Counted from the first letter of the stretch, positions 11,487-22,909 are shown. The stretch: DNA of 64,000 bases from Candidatus Binataceae bacterium (GCA_050011435.1 JBEKJC010000008.1:75941-139940); one strand, 5' to 3'. Numbers and translations are program-made. Notes: a model not told the origin generated them from the sequence alone.

Positions 11487-11732
11487 TTTGAATCAGCCTC
11501 CACGACATTATATCGCGAGATTGCCGCAATGATCGTACTTCGCAAAGAAATCTGGCGTGCCCATCTTTTCCATGAGACCTGAGAATTTCGCAGACGCGTC
11601 GCGATTGCGGAAAGCCGCAGGAGTTGCTAGGCGGAGAAAGGGAATGGTGAGCCAATCGAAAATCCGTAACCCACGCGTGTATTTTGCCGAGCGGCGATAC
11701 GCGTGATCGATTCGAGAAGAGAGGGCCAGAGG

Positions 11733-12659
11733 ATGGCGACAATACCAGTCAGCGCAGTGGAAGTGTTCGGACGCGGTGTATCGAAAGCCGAAGGCGTTGT
11801 GGTCGACAAGGACAACAATGTTTACGGAGGCGGCCGCAACGGCGTGATGTACAAAGTGACCCCGGATGGCAAAGTCAGCGAACTGGCGACGCTGCCGACG
11901 GGATCGATTCCCAACGGTGTAACGATGGATCGTAACGGCGACCTCGTTTACTGCGATCTCGGCAAGGAGGCCGTGGTTCGCGTGACCCAGAGCGGTAAAG
12001 TATCGATGATTGCCGATCGTGCCGGCGACCTGCACCTGAGCCTACCCAACTTCGCGAGCTATGACGCCGAAGGAAATCTGTACGTCTCCAATTCGAGCAC
12101 CAGCAATATCAGCCAGATCCTGCCGGAGCTGATGAAGCCCTCGCCGAAGGGAGCCTTGGTGCGCATCCGGCCCAATGGCAAGGGTGAGGTGATTGCGACG
12201 GGTCTCTATCTCGCCAACGGCACCGCGATCGATCCGAAAGAGGAAGCGGTCTATGTACTGGAATCGACGCGATATGACTGCCTTCGCATTCAGATAAAAA
12301 AGGATGGAACGTTCGGCAAGCCCGAAGTCTATTCGAAAGATTTTCCAGCGATTCCCGATGGAATGGCCTTCGATCTCGACGGAAATTTATTCGTGACATT
12401 GCCCGGAAAAGCCAAGAAGGAAGGTGAGCCGCCGCTGGATAAGATACTCCTGCCCGCAAATCAAATCCTCAAAGTGGATAGCAGCGGGAAGTGGACGATG
12501 TTGATCGACGACCCCGCTAGCGAAAGGCTCGACCATCCGACTAACTGTGCATTTGGCGGTCCCGGATTGCAGGACCTCTATTTTGCGAACCTCGAGGGCG
12601 AACATTTCAGCCGTGTCCACACGAATTTCCGCGGCCATCCGCTATACCATCAACGATGA
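11733..12659 (+). CDS. SMP-30/gluconolactonase family beta-propeller
   Basis: AEGV, PNG, ANG, PDGMAFD, PTNCAFGG. Confidence 0.9.
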   Translation: MATIPVSAVEVFGRGVSKAEGVVVDKDNNVYGGGRNGVMYKVTPDGKVSELATLPTGSIPNGVTMDRNGDLVYCDLGKEAVVRVTQSGKVSMIADRAGDLHLSLPNFASYDAEGNLYVSNSSTSNISQILPELMKPSPKGALVRIRPNGKGEVIATGLYLANGTAIDPKEEAVYVLESTRYDCLRIQIKKDGTFGKPEVYSKDFPAIPDGMAFDLDGNLFVTLPGKAKKEGEPPLDKILLPANQILKVDSSGKWTMLIDDPASERLDHPTNCAFGGPGLQDLYFANLEGEHFSRVHTNFRGHPLYHQR

Positions 12660-12722
12660 GCCGCATGGGGTGCGTTGCAGTCGGATTGACGCACAAGTAG
12701 CTAATCGCAAAGAGGTAACTTA

Positions 12723-13178
12723 ATGCTCGGCCCGGTGGCTCACATTGGGATTACTGTGCGCGACATGAATGCCGCGCTGGCCTTTTACGTCGATGTCCTC
12801 GGAATGGAAAAGCTCGGCGAAGCAACGTTTTCGGGCGAGGAAGCGAGTCGACTCACGCGGCTGCCGGGAACCATCTTGCGTGCGGTCTACCTGCGGGGCG
12901 GTAAGCAGATAAAGGGACCTCCACTCGAGCTGCTGCACTTCGTCGAACCCGCGACCGATGCTGCAAAGGCTTACGCAGGAGTGAGTAATCCCGGAATCAC
13001 AGAAGTTGCGTTCTGGGTGGACGACATCGAAAAAGCTTATGCTGATTTGCGGGCGAAGGGAGTGGAGTTCTACTCACCGCCGCAACTCTTTCAATTTGCC
13101 GGGTACAAAGCCAAAGCGGTGTATTTCTGGGGTCCGGATGGAACAACGCTGGAGCTGATTCAAAACGTTCGCGATTAA
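12723..13178 (+). CDS. VOC (glyoxalase) family protein
   Basis: HIGITVRD...FY..VLG and YFWGPDGTTLELIQ. Confidence 0.9.
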   Translation: MLGPVAHIGITVRDMNAALAFYVDVLGMEKLGEATFSGEEASRLTRLPGTILRAVYLRGGKQIKGPPLELLHFVEPATDAAKAYAGVSNPGITEVAFWVDDIEKAYADLRAKGVEFYSPPQLFQFAGYKAKAVYFWGPDGTTLELIQNVRD

Positions 13179-13204
13179 TCAGTGTCGTGATACGGGGCAA
13201 ACCA

Positions 13205-14620
13205 ATGGAAGCGGACGCACTCTGTTACCTGTCTCTCCAGGATCTCTCGGCGCAAATGCGCACGGGCAAGCTTTCTTCGGTCGAAGTTACTCGCTGCATT
13301 CTTGACCGGATCCACCGGATGAACCCGCATTTGCATGCTTACCTTACTGTGCTGGACGACTCGGCCCTGCGCCGTGCTGCCCAGGCCGATGAGGAAATTC
13401 GCGCTGGGCACTGGCGCGGACCGCTCCATGGAGTGCCGATTGCGGTCAAGGATCTTTGCCAGACGAAAGGAGTATTGACGACCTGCGCGAGTCGCCTGCT
13501 GCGCAATTGGCGCCCTGACTCGAACGCTACAGTCGTTGAGCGCCTCGAAGTCTCGGGTGCGGTGCTCTTGGGCAAGCTCAACCTGACCGAATTTGCGGTT
13601 GCCTGGTACCACCCTGAGATGCCGACGCCTCTGAATCCCTGGGATACGTCGCTCTGGCCCGGGGCTTCATCGAGCGGTTCGGGAGTGGCAACGGCTGCTG
13701 GACTTTGCTTCGCGTCGATCGGTACAGATACCGGCGGCTCTATCCGATTCCCGTCCGCAGCTTGCGGTGTAGTCGGCCTGAAACCGACCTGGGGCCGAGT
13801 AAGCCGTTACGGCGTATTCCCCTTGGGCGAATCACTGGATCATATCGGCCCGATAACCAGAACTGTCGCAGATGCGGCCTTGGTACTTCGGGCTATAGCA
13901 GGACATGATTCTGCCGACGAAACCTCCCTTGCGGCTCCGGTGGACAATTACGCAGTCGCCTTGGAGGCTGGTGTGAGTGGAATACGCATCGGGATGGACG
14001 AAAGATATGTCGCGCAGGCGGCGGCACCGGAGGTAGCTGCCGCGGTCGCTGACGCGATTCGAGTGCTCGAGAGCCTCGGCGCGAGAATCATGAAAGTTGC
14101 GCTTCCTGAGGTTGAAGCAGGTATCGCCGCGTGGACAACGCTCTGTACCGCGGACGCCATGGCGGCGCACGAGTCCACCTTTCCGGCGCAGGCGTCCGAG
14201 TACGGACCCGGCTTCCGCTCGTTCCTTGAATTGGGGGCGTCGGTTCGTGGCCAGGACTATGCCAAAGCCCAAATGGTTCGAGAACGATTCGCTAATCGCT
14301 TTCAGGATCTCTTTGACCAGGTCGATGTCGTCGCCTGCCCGTCGATGCCCTTCGCTTCCCTACCCGGAACTGGGATGCCGTCGGACGCCCGCGCATTGAC
14401 CGGTTCGAACTCGCTGCTGCACTTCACGGCGCCCTTTAATCTGAGTCGAAATCCAACGCTGTCCCAGCCTTGCGGACAGAGTCCGTCGGGACCCCCTCCG
14501 AGCCTGCAGTTGGTGGGCCGCCGCCTTGGCGAAGCCACCCTGTTACAGGTGGGCGCGGCGTTTGAGCGGGCTACTGGATCGCATCAGCAGAGACCTGCGA
14601 TGCGTAATATGTTTCATTGA
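13205..14620 (+). CDS. Amidase (amidase-signature family)
   Basis: GPLHGVPIAVKD, PGASSSGS, GTDTGGSIRFPS. Confidence 0.95.
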   Translation: MEADALCYLSLQDLSAQMRTGKLSSVEVTRCILDRIHRMNPHLHAYLTVLDDSALRRAAQADEEIRAGHWRGPLHGVPIAVKDLCQTKGVLTTCASRLLRNWRPDSNATVVERLEVSGAVLLGKLNLTEFAVAWYHPEMPTPLNPWDTSLWPGASSSGSGVATAAGLCFASIGTDTGGSIRFPSAACGVVGLKPTWGRVSRYGVFPLGESLDHIGPITRTVADAALVLRAIAGHDSADETSLAAPVDNYAVALEAGVSGIRIGMDERYVAQAAAPEVAAAVADAIRVLESLGARIMKVALPEVEAGIAAWTTLCTADAMAAHESTFPAQASEYGPGFRSFLELGASVRGQDYAKAQMVRERFANRFQDLFDQVDVVACPSMPFASLPGTGMPSDARALTGSNSLLHFTAPFNLSRNPTLSQPCGQSPSGPPPSLQLVGRRLGEATLLQVGAAFERATGSHQQRPAMRNMFH

Positions 14621-14630
14621 GGTTCCAATC

Positions 14631-15437
14631 GTGAAGCCTGTCACCTTCGCTGATTACGCGAATAAATATGACTACATTACGATGGATCGAAAGGATGGGA
14701 TCCTTCTTTTATCAATCCATTCAAAAGGTGCGATAGACACGCCCTGCGTGTGGAGCGCAAAACCGCACGAGGAATTATCCTTCGCGTTCTACGATGTGGC
14801 GCGCGATCGGGAAAATCAGTGCGTTATCATCACCGGTGCCGGCGATGCATTTTGCGCCGAGATGCATCCATCTATCAGTGGTCTGGCACGTTACAGTGAG
14901 GGACATGTCACGGGCGAGATGCACGAAAAGATGGATCAGGCAGGTCACGACGGCCGGTATTTACTGTTCAATCATTTAAATATTGAGGTCCCGATGATCG
15001 CGGCGGTCAACGGGCCCGCATTTATCCATGCCGAGCTGGCGTTGTTGTGCGATATTGTCCTCGCCTCCGAGAACGCCGAATTTCAGGATGCACCACATTT
15101 TCCCAGCGGGCTGGTTCCCGGTGATGGCGTGCACGTTGTTTGGCCAATGCTGCTCGGCCCGAACCGTGGGCGGTATTTTCTGCTGACCGGTCAAAAGCTA
15201 TCCGCACGCGAGGCTCTGAATCTTGGCGTCCTGAACGAAGTTCTGCCGCGGGATAAACTGCTGCCAAGAGCATGGGAACTGGCTCGTGAAATCTGCAAGC
15301 GGCCGACGCTCGCGCGTCGGTATGCGCGGGTCGCGATGACTCAGATGCTCAAGCAAGCGATGCTCGAGGGGCTTGGTTATGGAATCGCGCTCGAGAGTCT
15401 CGGAATGATGGCGGGTGTAGGCACCAAAAAGGAATAG
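14631..15437 (+). CDS. Crotonase, 6-oxocamphor hydrolase (CamK)-like
   Basis: [22 protein letters not shown] and [14 protein letters not shown] match the CamK/beta-diketone hydrolase signature. GTG start after GAGG. Confidence 0.85.
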   Translation: MKPVTFADYANKYDYITMDRKDGILLLSIHSKGAIDTPCVWSAKPHEELSFAFYDVARDRENQCVIITGAGDAFCAEMHPSISGLARYSEGHVTGEMHEKMDQAGHDGRYLLFNHLNIEVPMIAAVNGPAFIHAELALLCDIVLASENAEFQDAPHFPSGLVPGDGVHVVWPMLLGPNRGRYFLLTGQKLSAREALNLGVLNEVLPRDKLLPRAWELAREICKRPTLARRYARVAMTQMLKQAMLEGLGYGIALESLGMMAGVGTKKE

Positions 15438-15473
15438 CTAATCGAAATGTCGTGAAGGTGCTGCCGGCAGGCA

Positions 15474-15890
15474 CTACTGTTCCTGCACGCAGCACGACTG
15501 AATCTCCGACTGTGCCTTGTCACTGTCGATCGGGTTTAGATGTGGATGGCCGGTGAGAACGCCCCATCCGATCTCTTCTTTGATGTAGTAAGCATGAGGC
15601 TCGGCGTTAAGCTCCACGACATCGGCGGTTTCGGTCTGCACGCTACAAACCACATGCCCGGTCGAAACGATAAAGGCGTGATAGCCCCCGGGGCCGATCC
15701 GCGCAGTGTCTTCGCCGCAAGTTACCGATGGCCGGAGCAGCGACCCGGCGTAGTTGTATGGCCGATAGACGTAAATTACGGCTCTGTCAGGTGCTACCGG
15801 AGCTTTCTCAAAGGGGAGTCCTTGAACGGCACATCCGATAGCGAGGAGTGCTGCGGCAAAAATCGCGATCGCCAAAAGCCGGCGGTCCAT
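15474..15890 (-). CDS. DUF2846-like lipoprotein
   Basis: Lipobox LAIGC, AVIYVYRP, GGYHAFIVSTG. Confidence 0.75.
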   Translation of the reverse strand: MDRRLLAIAIFAAALLAIGCAVQGLPFEKAPVAPDRAVIYVYRPYNYAGSLLRPSVTCGEDTARIGPGGYHAFIVSTGHVVCSVQTETADVVELNAEPHAYYIKEEIGWGVLTGHPHLNPIDSDKAQSEIQSCCVQEQ

Positions 15891-16436
15891 CTATCGATCG
15901 GACCCGGTTGCGGCTGGGCCATGAGAGGCCACCGCCGCGGCCAATTGAGCCGCATCGCGGTACAGCTTCTGATCGATCGTTTTTCGGACCGCGGTACGCG
16001 CCGCTCGCTCCAGTTCCTGATGAGTCGGTTCTGAGTAGAGGCTGTACGACTTCGTGACGTGTGCTTTCGCGGTATAGTCTCTCACTACCCGGTCGCCGTC
16101 GACGATCGACAAGGAGGCGAACGCCGTCACTCCATAATCGCCTAAGGGAGCGCCGACGTATGTCACCGGATCGAATGCCGACACGATGAGCGGGATGTGG
16201 TATTCATCGTGGCTTAATTCCTCGCGATAAGCGAATGTAACCGTCGAGGTGTGTGACAGCGACATCGCGACGGCGGGTGGTAGTTCGCTGGGATCGCCGT
16301 CAATCAACCGACCCTTGAACGGCAATGGCTGTGCCGGTGCTTCCGCTACCTGGGGCGCGAGGTTGGGTTGTTGAATGGTGCAACCGAGCACGACGGTCGA
16401 GGCGAGTAATGCCACAAGTGCGATTGTCAATCTCAT
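15891..16436 (-). CDS. Hypothetical lipoprotein
   Basis: Signal peptide with VLGC lipobox; abuts the downstream lipoprotein gene. Confidence 0.7.
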   Translation of the reverse strand: MRLTIALVALLASTVVLGCTIQQPNLAPQVAEAPAQPLPFKGRLIDGDPSELPPAVAMSLSHTSTVTFAYREELSHDEYHIPLIVSAFDPVTYVGAPLGDYGVTAFASLSIVDGDRVVRDYTAKAHVTKSYSLYSEPTHQELERAARTAVRKTIDQKLYRDAAQLAAAVASHGPAATGSDR

Positions 16437-16909
16437 GACTGTGCCCTGTTAATCTGCTGAAGATTCCGCTTCACATCTCTCGATCGCATGGACACAAAAC
16501 GCTGCCTGGATGTGCGGATCGAACTCGCTTTATGCCCGTCTCAAGCCTGCGAACAACTGCCGGCACCGATGCGCGCGCTGGGTCGATTACCAAATTACCA
16601 CAGAACCATGATATCAGAGGGCGCAGTCTCTTTTGCAGTCGCCCGGGTGGGCCCGGCAGGAGGTATTTTCGCGAGATATTCGTTTCGGCTTCGCCGGGAA
16701 TAGCGCAAAGTTGAGTTTTTCGGCCTTTTGTGGAACTTCTGAGGCTGCAGAGAAAGGGAGACCGTAAAGGGGCAACCTGACGCGAGTCGTAATGGCCGGT
16801 AATTGAAATGCGCTGACGATTTCATAGCTCGCGACGGGATGTCTGGGCGGTGATTATAAGACAGACGCTCGAACCCGAGAGCGCCGCACAGAGAAAAGGA
16901 TTGACGGCA

Positions 16910-17749
16910 ATGGCTATAATCAAAATCGATGACTATTCGAGTAAGTATAGCTGTATCAAAATGGAGCGCCGCGAAGGCATCCTCCAGATGACGCTCCATA
17001 CGAAGGGTGCGGAGCTGCAGTGGGGCATATCCGCGCACGAGGAACTGTCATACGCCTTCTATGACGTCGCCCGCGATCGTGAAAACCGTTGCGTCATCCT
17101 GACTGGCGCCGGCGATAGTTTTTGCGCGGAATTCGAGGGCGGCGGCGGTCCGGCAGGTATCAATATCACGGGAAGAGGCGAACCGCAGCCGGCCGGTCTC
17201 AAGTCGCCCGCTTGGGATCACATTTATTCCGACGCGAAGTACCTCCTGATGAATCATCTGAATATCGAAGTGCCAATCATTGCGGCCGTTAATGGACCCG
17301 CGTTGATTCATGCCGAACTGGCCGTGCTGTGCGACATCGTGATTGCCGCCGATCACGCCGAATTTCAGGACGCCCCTCATTTTCCCAACGGCATTGTTCC
17401 TGGCGACGGTGTCCACATCGTATGGCCGTTGGTGCTCGGTCCCAACAGGGGACGCTATTTTCTACTTACAGGACAAAAGCTTTCGGCTGCTGATGCGCTG
17501 AATTTAGGAGTGGTGAGCGAAGTCCTGCCGCGCGACAAACTGATCGCTCGCGCATGGGAACTCGCGCGCCAGATTGTCATCAGACCCTCACTTGCGGTGC
17601 GCTACGCGAGAGTCGCGATCACGCAACAACTGAAGCAGATGATGCTCGACAATCTGGGCTACGGGCTCGCTCTGGAAGGTCTTGGCGCCGTGCAATCGTG
17701 GCCCGGCGCTCTACCGGAGAAGGAGACCAGCGGTTCCCATTTACGGTAG
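16910..17749 (+). CDS. Crotonase, 6-oxocamphor hydrolase-like (paralog 2)
   Basis: [39 protein letters not shown]. Confidence 0.85.
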   Translation: MAIIKIDDYSSKYSCIKMERREGILQMTLHTKGAELQWGISAHEELSYAFYDVARDRENRCVILTGAGDSFCAEFEGGGGPAGINITGRGEPQPAGLKSPAWDHIYSDAKYLLMNHLNIEVPIIAAVNGPALIHAELAVLCDIVIAADHAEFQDAPHFPNGIVPGDGVHIVWPLVLGPNRGRYFLLTGQKLSAADALNLGVVSEVLPRDKLIARAWELARQIVIRPSLAVRYARVAITQQLKQMMLDNLGYGLALEGLGAVQSWPGALPEKETSGSHLR

Positions 17750-17874
17750 TCATACCTTTCTGGGTTGCCGGGAAAATACGAGGCGCAAGACGCTGGATTT
17801 TCGAATGTTGATGACCAGGGAACAATACCTTTCCATATCGGCGACGACTGAGAGTCAGGCATGGAGGCAATTCA

Positions 17875-19101
17875 ATGACCGCCAATGTTCGTAAACCTCT
17901 ACTCGATGGGTACAAAGTCCTCGACTTTACGCAGTATGTCGCCGGACCTACGGTTACCAAGTTGATGGCGGAGATGGGCGCTGAGATTATCAAGATCGAA
18001 CTCGCTCCTATCGGTGACCTATCTCGTAAGTTTCCGTATATACGAGACCAGCGCAGTGCCTACTTCGTTCAACAGAATCGCGGCAAGATGAGCTTGTGCG
18101 TCGACATAAAGACGCCAGCCGCGAAAGCTATCGTGCGCGCGCTCATACCGAAGGTCGATGTGCTGGTTCAGAATTACGCACCCGGCGTGATCGGACGCAT
18201 GGGCTTCGATTATGAGAGTGTCAGCAAACTCAATCCGAAGATTGTCATGTGTTCGGTTTCAACTTTCGGTCAAACCGGTCCGCTATCACCGGATCCGGGC
18301 TACGATTTCATCGGGCAAGCCTATGCAGGCGTGACATCGCTCAGCGGGGAGGAAGACGGACCTTATTATCCACCGGCGCTCGCTCTCGGCGACGTATCAA
18401 CCGGGGTGCATGCGTATGCTGCTGTGGCCACCGCGTTACTACATCGCGAGCGTACCGGCGAAGGACAGCATCTCGACATTTCGCTGCTCGATTCGTACTT
18501 CCATTATCACGATATGGCTGTGGCAATGGTAAGTGCGAGCCACGGTGAGGCGAGGGTGCGGCGTATGGGTAATCAGATCGGAGCACTTTCCCCGGCGGGC
18601 ATTTTCAAGACGAAGACGGGCTCGCTCTGGATCTTCGCCTTTCAGGACAACCATTGGGCGAAGCTATGCGAGGTGATGGGGCGAGAGGATCTTGCGCGAT
18701 CCGAAAATTGCATCGACAACCCTGCCAGAGTTGCTAATCGCAAGGTAGTCAATCAGGCGATAGACGCGTGGCTGGCGACCTTGCAGGGGACGGACGCGGC
18801 GCTCGCGATTCTGCGCGAAGCGCGGATTCCGCACGCACCGGTGTTGACGGTGGAGGAGGCAATGCAGCATCCTCATCTACTGGAACGCGGAACCGTGCGC
18901 ACCATTCACGATCGCATTCTCGGAGATTTCCAGATTCCCGGATTGCCGCTGCGCTTTTCCGCATTCCCGGAGCCGCTCGAACTTGACGCGCCCTTTCTCG
19001 GTGAGCACAATCGCCGGATTCTTTCTGACTACCTCGGATTCTCCGATGAGCGGATTACTCAACTTGAACGAGAGCGGGTGCTCTGCAGTGCGCCACATTG
19101 A
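17875..19101 (+). CDS. Class III CoA-transferase (CaiB/BaiF)
   Basis: VLDFTQYVAGP, GAEIIKIE, NRGK, ALGDVSTG (catalytic Asp present). Confidence 0.93.
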   Translation: MTANVRKPLLDGYKVLDFTQYVAGPTVTKLMAEMGAEIIKIELAPIGDLSRKFPYIRDQRSAYFVQQNRGKMSLCVDIKTPAAKAIVRALIPKVDVLVQNYAPGVIGRMGFDYESVSKLNPKIVMCSVSTFGQTGPLSPDPGYDFIGQAYAGVTSLSGEEDGPYYPPALALGDVSTGVHAYAAVATALLHRERTGEGQHLDISLLDSYFHYHDMAVAMVSASHGEARVRRMGNQIGALSPAGIFKTKTGSLWIFAFQDNHWAKLCEVMGREDLARSENCIDNPARVANRKVVNQAIDAWLATLQGTDAALAILREARIPHAPVLTVEEAMQHPHLLERGTVRTIHDRILGDFQIPGLPLRFSAFPEPLELDAPFLGEHNRRILSDYLGFSDERITQLERERVLCSAPH

Positions 19102-19181
19102 GCCAATGCCGTGACACTGCGACACGATGTCGTAGCAAAGTCTTGAGGGAGATGCGCGGAATAGTTCGAGCTCCTGATATT

Positions 19182-19859
19182 ATGCATACCAATAAGCGGC
19201 GCAGCTCTGCGTCAGCATGGGTACTGTTCGGGCTCATAATAGCCACTGGATCACTATTAACGCGAGATGCGAACGGACAAGTTCGCGAATCCTCGGCGAG
19301 GACGCCGACCAAATTGAGCGCGACTGGCCCCAGCGCAGTCCTGGCCGGCGGTTGCTTTTGGGGCGTGGATGCGGTCTTCAAGCACGTAAAAGGAGTGACA
19401 AGTGTAATCTCGGGCTATGCGGGCGGAACCCGAGAGAGCGCGCAATACGAAACCGTCAGCACCGGCACGACCGGGCACGCAGAATCCGTCAAGATTACTT
19501 ACGATCCGTCCAGGATTTCGTATTTGGAATTGCTTAAGATATTCTTTTTCGTTGCGCACAATCCAACTGAGTTGAATCGCCAAGGCCCCGACGAAGGTAC
19601 TCAGTATCGATCGGTAATCTTCTACGAGAGCGCCGAGCAACAGAATATTGCCAAGAGTTATATCAAGCAACTCAATCACGATAAGGCGTTTACGGCTCCG
19701 ATTGTCACCCAGGTCGTTCCGCTAAAGGGCTTTTATCCGGCCGAGGAATACCATCAGAACTATCTGGAGCGTAATCCTGAGAATCCATATATCGTTTTCA
19801 ATGATATGCCGAAGCTCGACCAACTGAGAAAGCAATTCCCCGCCTTCTACACTCCGTAA
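19182..19859 (+). CDS. msrA: Peptide-methionine (S)-S-oxide reductase, probably exported
   Basis: AGGCFWG, TGHAE, RQGPDEGTQYRS, AEEYHQ; signal-like N-terminus. Start codon uncertain. Confidence 0.93.
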   Translation: MHTNKRRSSASAWVLFGLIIATGSLLTRDANGQVRESSARTPTKLSATGPSAVLAGGCFWGVDAVFKHVKGVTSVISGYAGGTRESAQYETVSTGTTGHAESVKITYDPSRISYLELLKIFFFVAHNPTELNRQGPDEGTQYRSVIFYESAEQQNIAKSYIKQLNHDKAFTAPIVTQVVPLKGFYPAEEYHQNYLERNPENPYIVFNDMPKLDQLRKQFPAFYTP

Positions 19860-20294
19860 ACGGTCCGTGAGAGGGCGCTACGCTTTTGGCGGGAGTTGGC
19901 GCTGCACTCAGCGGTCGACGCAGGCCTCTCTCGCGATTCGTTCAGGTGGCGTCGGTCGAGGAACTGCTACGCTCAAGCTGGCAATCGCGCGCCCATACTG
20001 GTTGGTTTATAGAGTGGTATACGTAGTCGCCGATTTTGTGTTGACCGTCACGGAATTACCGCACACTGATCCCACTGTTGGCGAGATTATGTTGTCGATT
20101 GCGCCATCAGTTCCGCATCTCAGGGTGACAGATTCACCCTGCGGTGACGACGCCTGGAGGGTTGGGATTTTGCGTCTACCGAAACGTCACGGTCCTTGCT
20201 ATAAGGCATCTTTCGTCTCGCAAGGGTGGAATCAGGTTGAAAGTAAGTCTAAAGCTTTGCTCAGAGCGAACCGGAGTCGGAAGGAAATCAACCA

Positions 20295-22694
20295 ATGGAT
20301 AATGGCAGCGGTGAAAATCGTAGGAGTTTCGCTAGATACGTCCTCGACTATCGAAAGCCTATCGGGTTGTTGCTTATCGGTATCACAATCTTTATGAGTT
20401 ACTGGGCGATCCACCTGCCCATTGCGACCCGCTTCGAAGATCTGTTCCCGGCAACGCACCCAAACACGCTGCTCTATCGCGAATTTCGGCGCCAATACGG
20501 CGGCGCTCAAACATTAGTCCTGATGGTGCGTGTGAATAAGGGCGATATCTTTAATTTCAAAACGCTGCACGATATCCAAGACATCACCAACGACGTCGAC
20601 AAGATGCCTGGCGTCAATCACAATGAGGTGTTTTCGCTTGCTTCCTACCGTTTGCTGTATGCGCGGGCCCTTCCGGGTGCACTGGTCTCGACGCCCTTTA
20701 TGTACCCGAAGGTGCCGCAAACGCAGGCAGAGGTCGATGAGCTTAAAAATAATGTTCTTGCAAATAGCCAACAGTTAGCCGCCTTCGTCACGCACGATCA
20801 GAAGGGCGCCTTAATCATCGCGAGCTTCAATGAGCAAGGACTGAGTTACAAGGATCTTTTTGATAGCGTCCAACGGATCATTCGTGAGCACCAGGACAGC
20901 AATACGCAGATCTATGCCAGCGGCGCCGTCATGTTTTCGGCCTGGGGATATCATTACCTGGGGCGAATTCAGATCATCTTCATCTTCTCGATCGTCCTGA
21001 TGCTGGTGATTCTGTATTTGAGCCTCGGTCGCTATAGCGGATGGTGGGTGCCAATTTTGACCGGCATCTCCGCGGCAATCTGGGGCCTCGGATTCGTCAG
21101 CCTGATGGGCTTCAACTTCGATCCTATTATGCTGGTGATTCCGTTTATCATGACGGCGCGCGACCTGGGCCATGGCATTCAATGGCAGGGCCGCTACTAC
21201 GATGAGCTTGATCGGACTGCAAACAAAATCGAGGCGTGTGTTGCAACTGCCGATCGCATGTTGATTCCGGGATTGCTGGCGGTATGCGCCAACATCGCCG
21301 GAATAATCTTTATTACCGTTGGGAATATTCCGGTGCTGCGGCAAATTGGTATCGGCGGAGCGGTTTGGATGGGAGCGAGTGTGGCGATGGTATTTGTCTT
21401 CCAGCCGATTCTGATGAGTTATCTGCCACGCCCGCAACTTCGCGATCGAACCTGGTTGAGCCAGCTCGGAAAATCTCCATTTGGCGAGCGTTCCCGCGGC
21501 TTTGTTGAATGGCTGGTAACGCTTCCGACCACAGGCGCATCCGCACGTAACGTGCTGTTGGTGATCGGGGCGTTCGCGATCGTCGTCGGGTTCGCGTCGG
21601 AGTGGCAGGTGCGCATCGGCTATCAGACTGCCGGTACTCCAATTTACCGGGCGGACGCGAAGATCAACCAGGATACCGCGGAAATCGGCAAGTTTGTACC
21701 GACGAATATTGGATGGATCGTTTTGGAGACACCGGAGTTTCCGAGCTCGCAATCGGGTGTTGGGATAGACACTTTGCGAATGTCCGATGACCTGGCCGAC
21801 TATCTGATGAGTCGGGGCGACGTGGTTGCAGTCTTGGGTTTCAGCACCTTGGCATCGAAGCCGATGAACATGCTTCTACATAACGGCCAGCCAAAATATT
21901 ATGCCGTCCCCGATAGCGATTCGTTAAGCGCGAGTCTTTGGGGATTTTTCTTTGCGGCCTCTGCGCCGGGCGAAGCGGAAAGCTACTTCGCAATCGCACA
22001 ATCGATGAAAAATTCTTGTATCCGAGTGATGTTGCCCGATCACACTTACGCGCGACTGAAGCGGTTGCGTCAAGATATTGATCATTTTATCCAGGAACGA
22101 GTGACCGCCGATCCCGGACTCAGTCAGGTCAAGCTGCGATACCTCGGCGGCGAAGCGGGCTTATATCTCGCCACCGACGATGTAATCGGGCGGCTGAATG
22201 TCGTTAACCTGTCACTGACCCTGCTGGCAATAGGTCTTGCTTGTGCCATAGCCTTTCGGTCACTGGTTGCCGGAGTGCTCTTCGCGCTGTCCTGCATTGC
22301 TGCAAATTTCGTCGCTTTCGCGTACATGAACCTTCACAAAATTGGACTCACCGTTGACACGCTTCCAGTGATCTCGCTGGGTATCGGTCTCGGGGTTGAC
22401 TACGGTATTTATACAGTCGCGCGGATCCGGGATGAGATGGCCAGCGGTGTGAAGCTGAATGACGCGATCGTCACCGGCTTGCGCAGCACGGGTGCTTGGG
22501 TATTCTGTACATTCGCGGTGATGGTGGGGGGTATCTTCGCATGGGTATTTTCGCCGCTCTTGTTTCATAGTGAAATGAGTATTCTTCTGATCCTACTTAT
22601 GGGAGCTAATATGCTTGCCGGCTTGTTGATACTTCCGGCGCTCATAGCGTTGAGGCGCCCGCGCTTCCTCACGCGCTACGAGAGCGCCGCGTAA
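20295..22694 (+). CDS. MMPL/RND-family transporter
   Basis: About 12 TM segments with two extracytoplasmic domains; GIGLGVDYGIY. Confidence 0.9.
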   Translation: MDNGSGENRRSFARYVLDYRKPIGLLLIGITIFMSYWAIHLPIATRFEDLFPATHPNTLLYREFRRQYGGAQTLVLMVRVNKGDIFNFKTLHDIQDITNDVDKMPGVNHNEVFSLASYRLLYARALPGALVSTPFMYPKVPQTQAEVDELKNNVLANSQQLAAFVTHDQKGALIIASFNEQGLSYKDLFDSVQRIIREHQDSNTQIYASGAVMFSAWGYHYLGRIQIIFIFSIVLMLVILYLSLGRYSGWWVPILTGISAAIWGLGFVSLMGFNFDPIMLVIPFIMTARDLGHGIQWQGRYYDELDRTANKIEACVATADRMLIPGLLAVCANIAGIIFITVGNIPVLRQIGIGGAVWMGASVAMVFVFQPILMSYLPRPQLRDRTWLSQLGKSPFGERSRGFVEWLVTLPTTGASARNVLLVIGAFAIVVGFASEWQVRIGYQTAGTPIYRADAKINQDTAEIGKFVPTNIGWIVLETPEFPSSQSGVGIDTLRMSDDLADYLMSRGDVVAVLGFSTLASKPMNMLLHNGQPKYYAVPDSDSLSASLWGFFFAASAPGEAESYFAIAQSMKNSCIRVMLPDHTYARLKRLRQDIDHFIQERVTADPGLSQVKLRYLGGEAGLYLATDDVIGRLNVVNLSLTLLAIGLACAIAFRSLVAGVLFALSCIAANFVAFAYMNLHKIGLTVDTLPVISLGIGLGVDYGIYTVARIRDEMASGVKLNDAIVTGLRSTGAWVFCTFAVMVGGIFAWVFSPLLFHSEMSILLILLMGANMLAGLLILPALIALRRPRFLTRYESAA

Positions 22695-22909
22695 ACACCG
22701 GAAGTTGACACCAATAAGCTGGGATGTTCGGAGGGTCCCAGTCGGCGGACGAGCGCGAAGGCTTCGATGGAAATGAGCCGCCGTTTTCTGCTCACTTGTC
22801 GCGGAGTGGCGCACATCGGATAAGTGCGCGCGGGTTTGAATCTTGGGCCTCGGTATCGCTATGCTGCCGAGCATAGCGCTTCGCGCCGCTACGATGGAGG
22901 GAATTTCAA

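Noticed and set aside
19867-20397. 176-aa ORF between msrA and the RND gene
   Set aside because: No recognisable motif, atypical composition, and it overlaps the RND start; likely regulatory DNA (one palindrome, CAGGGTGA..TCACCCTG, at ~20120).
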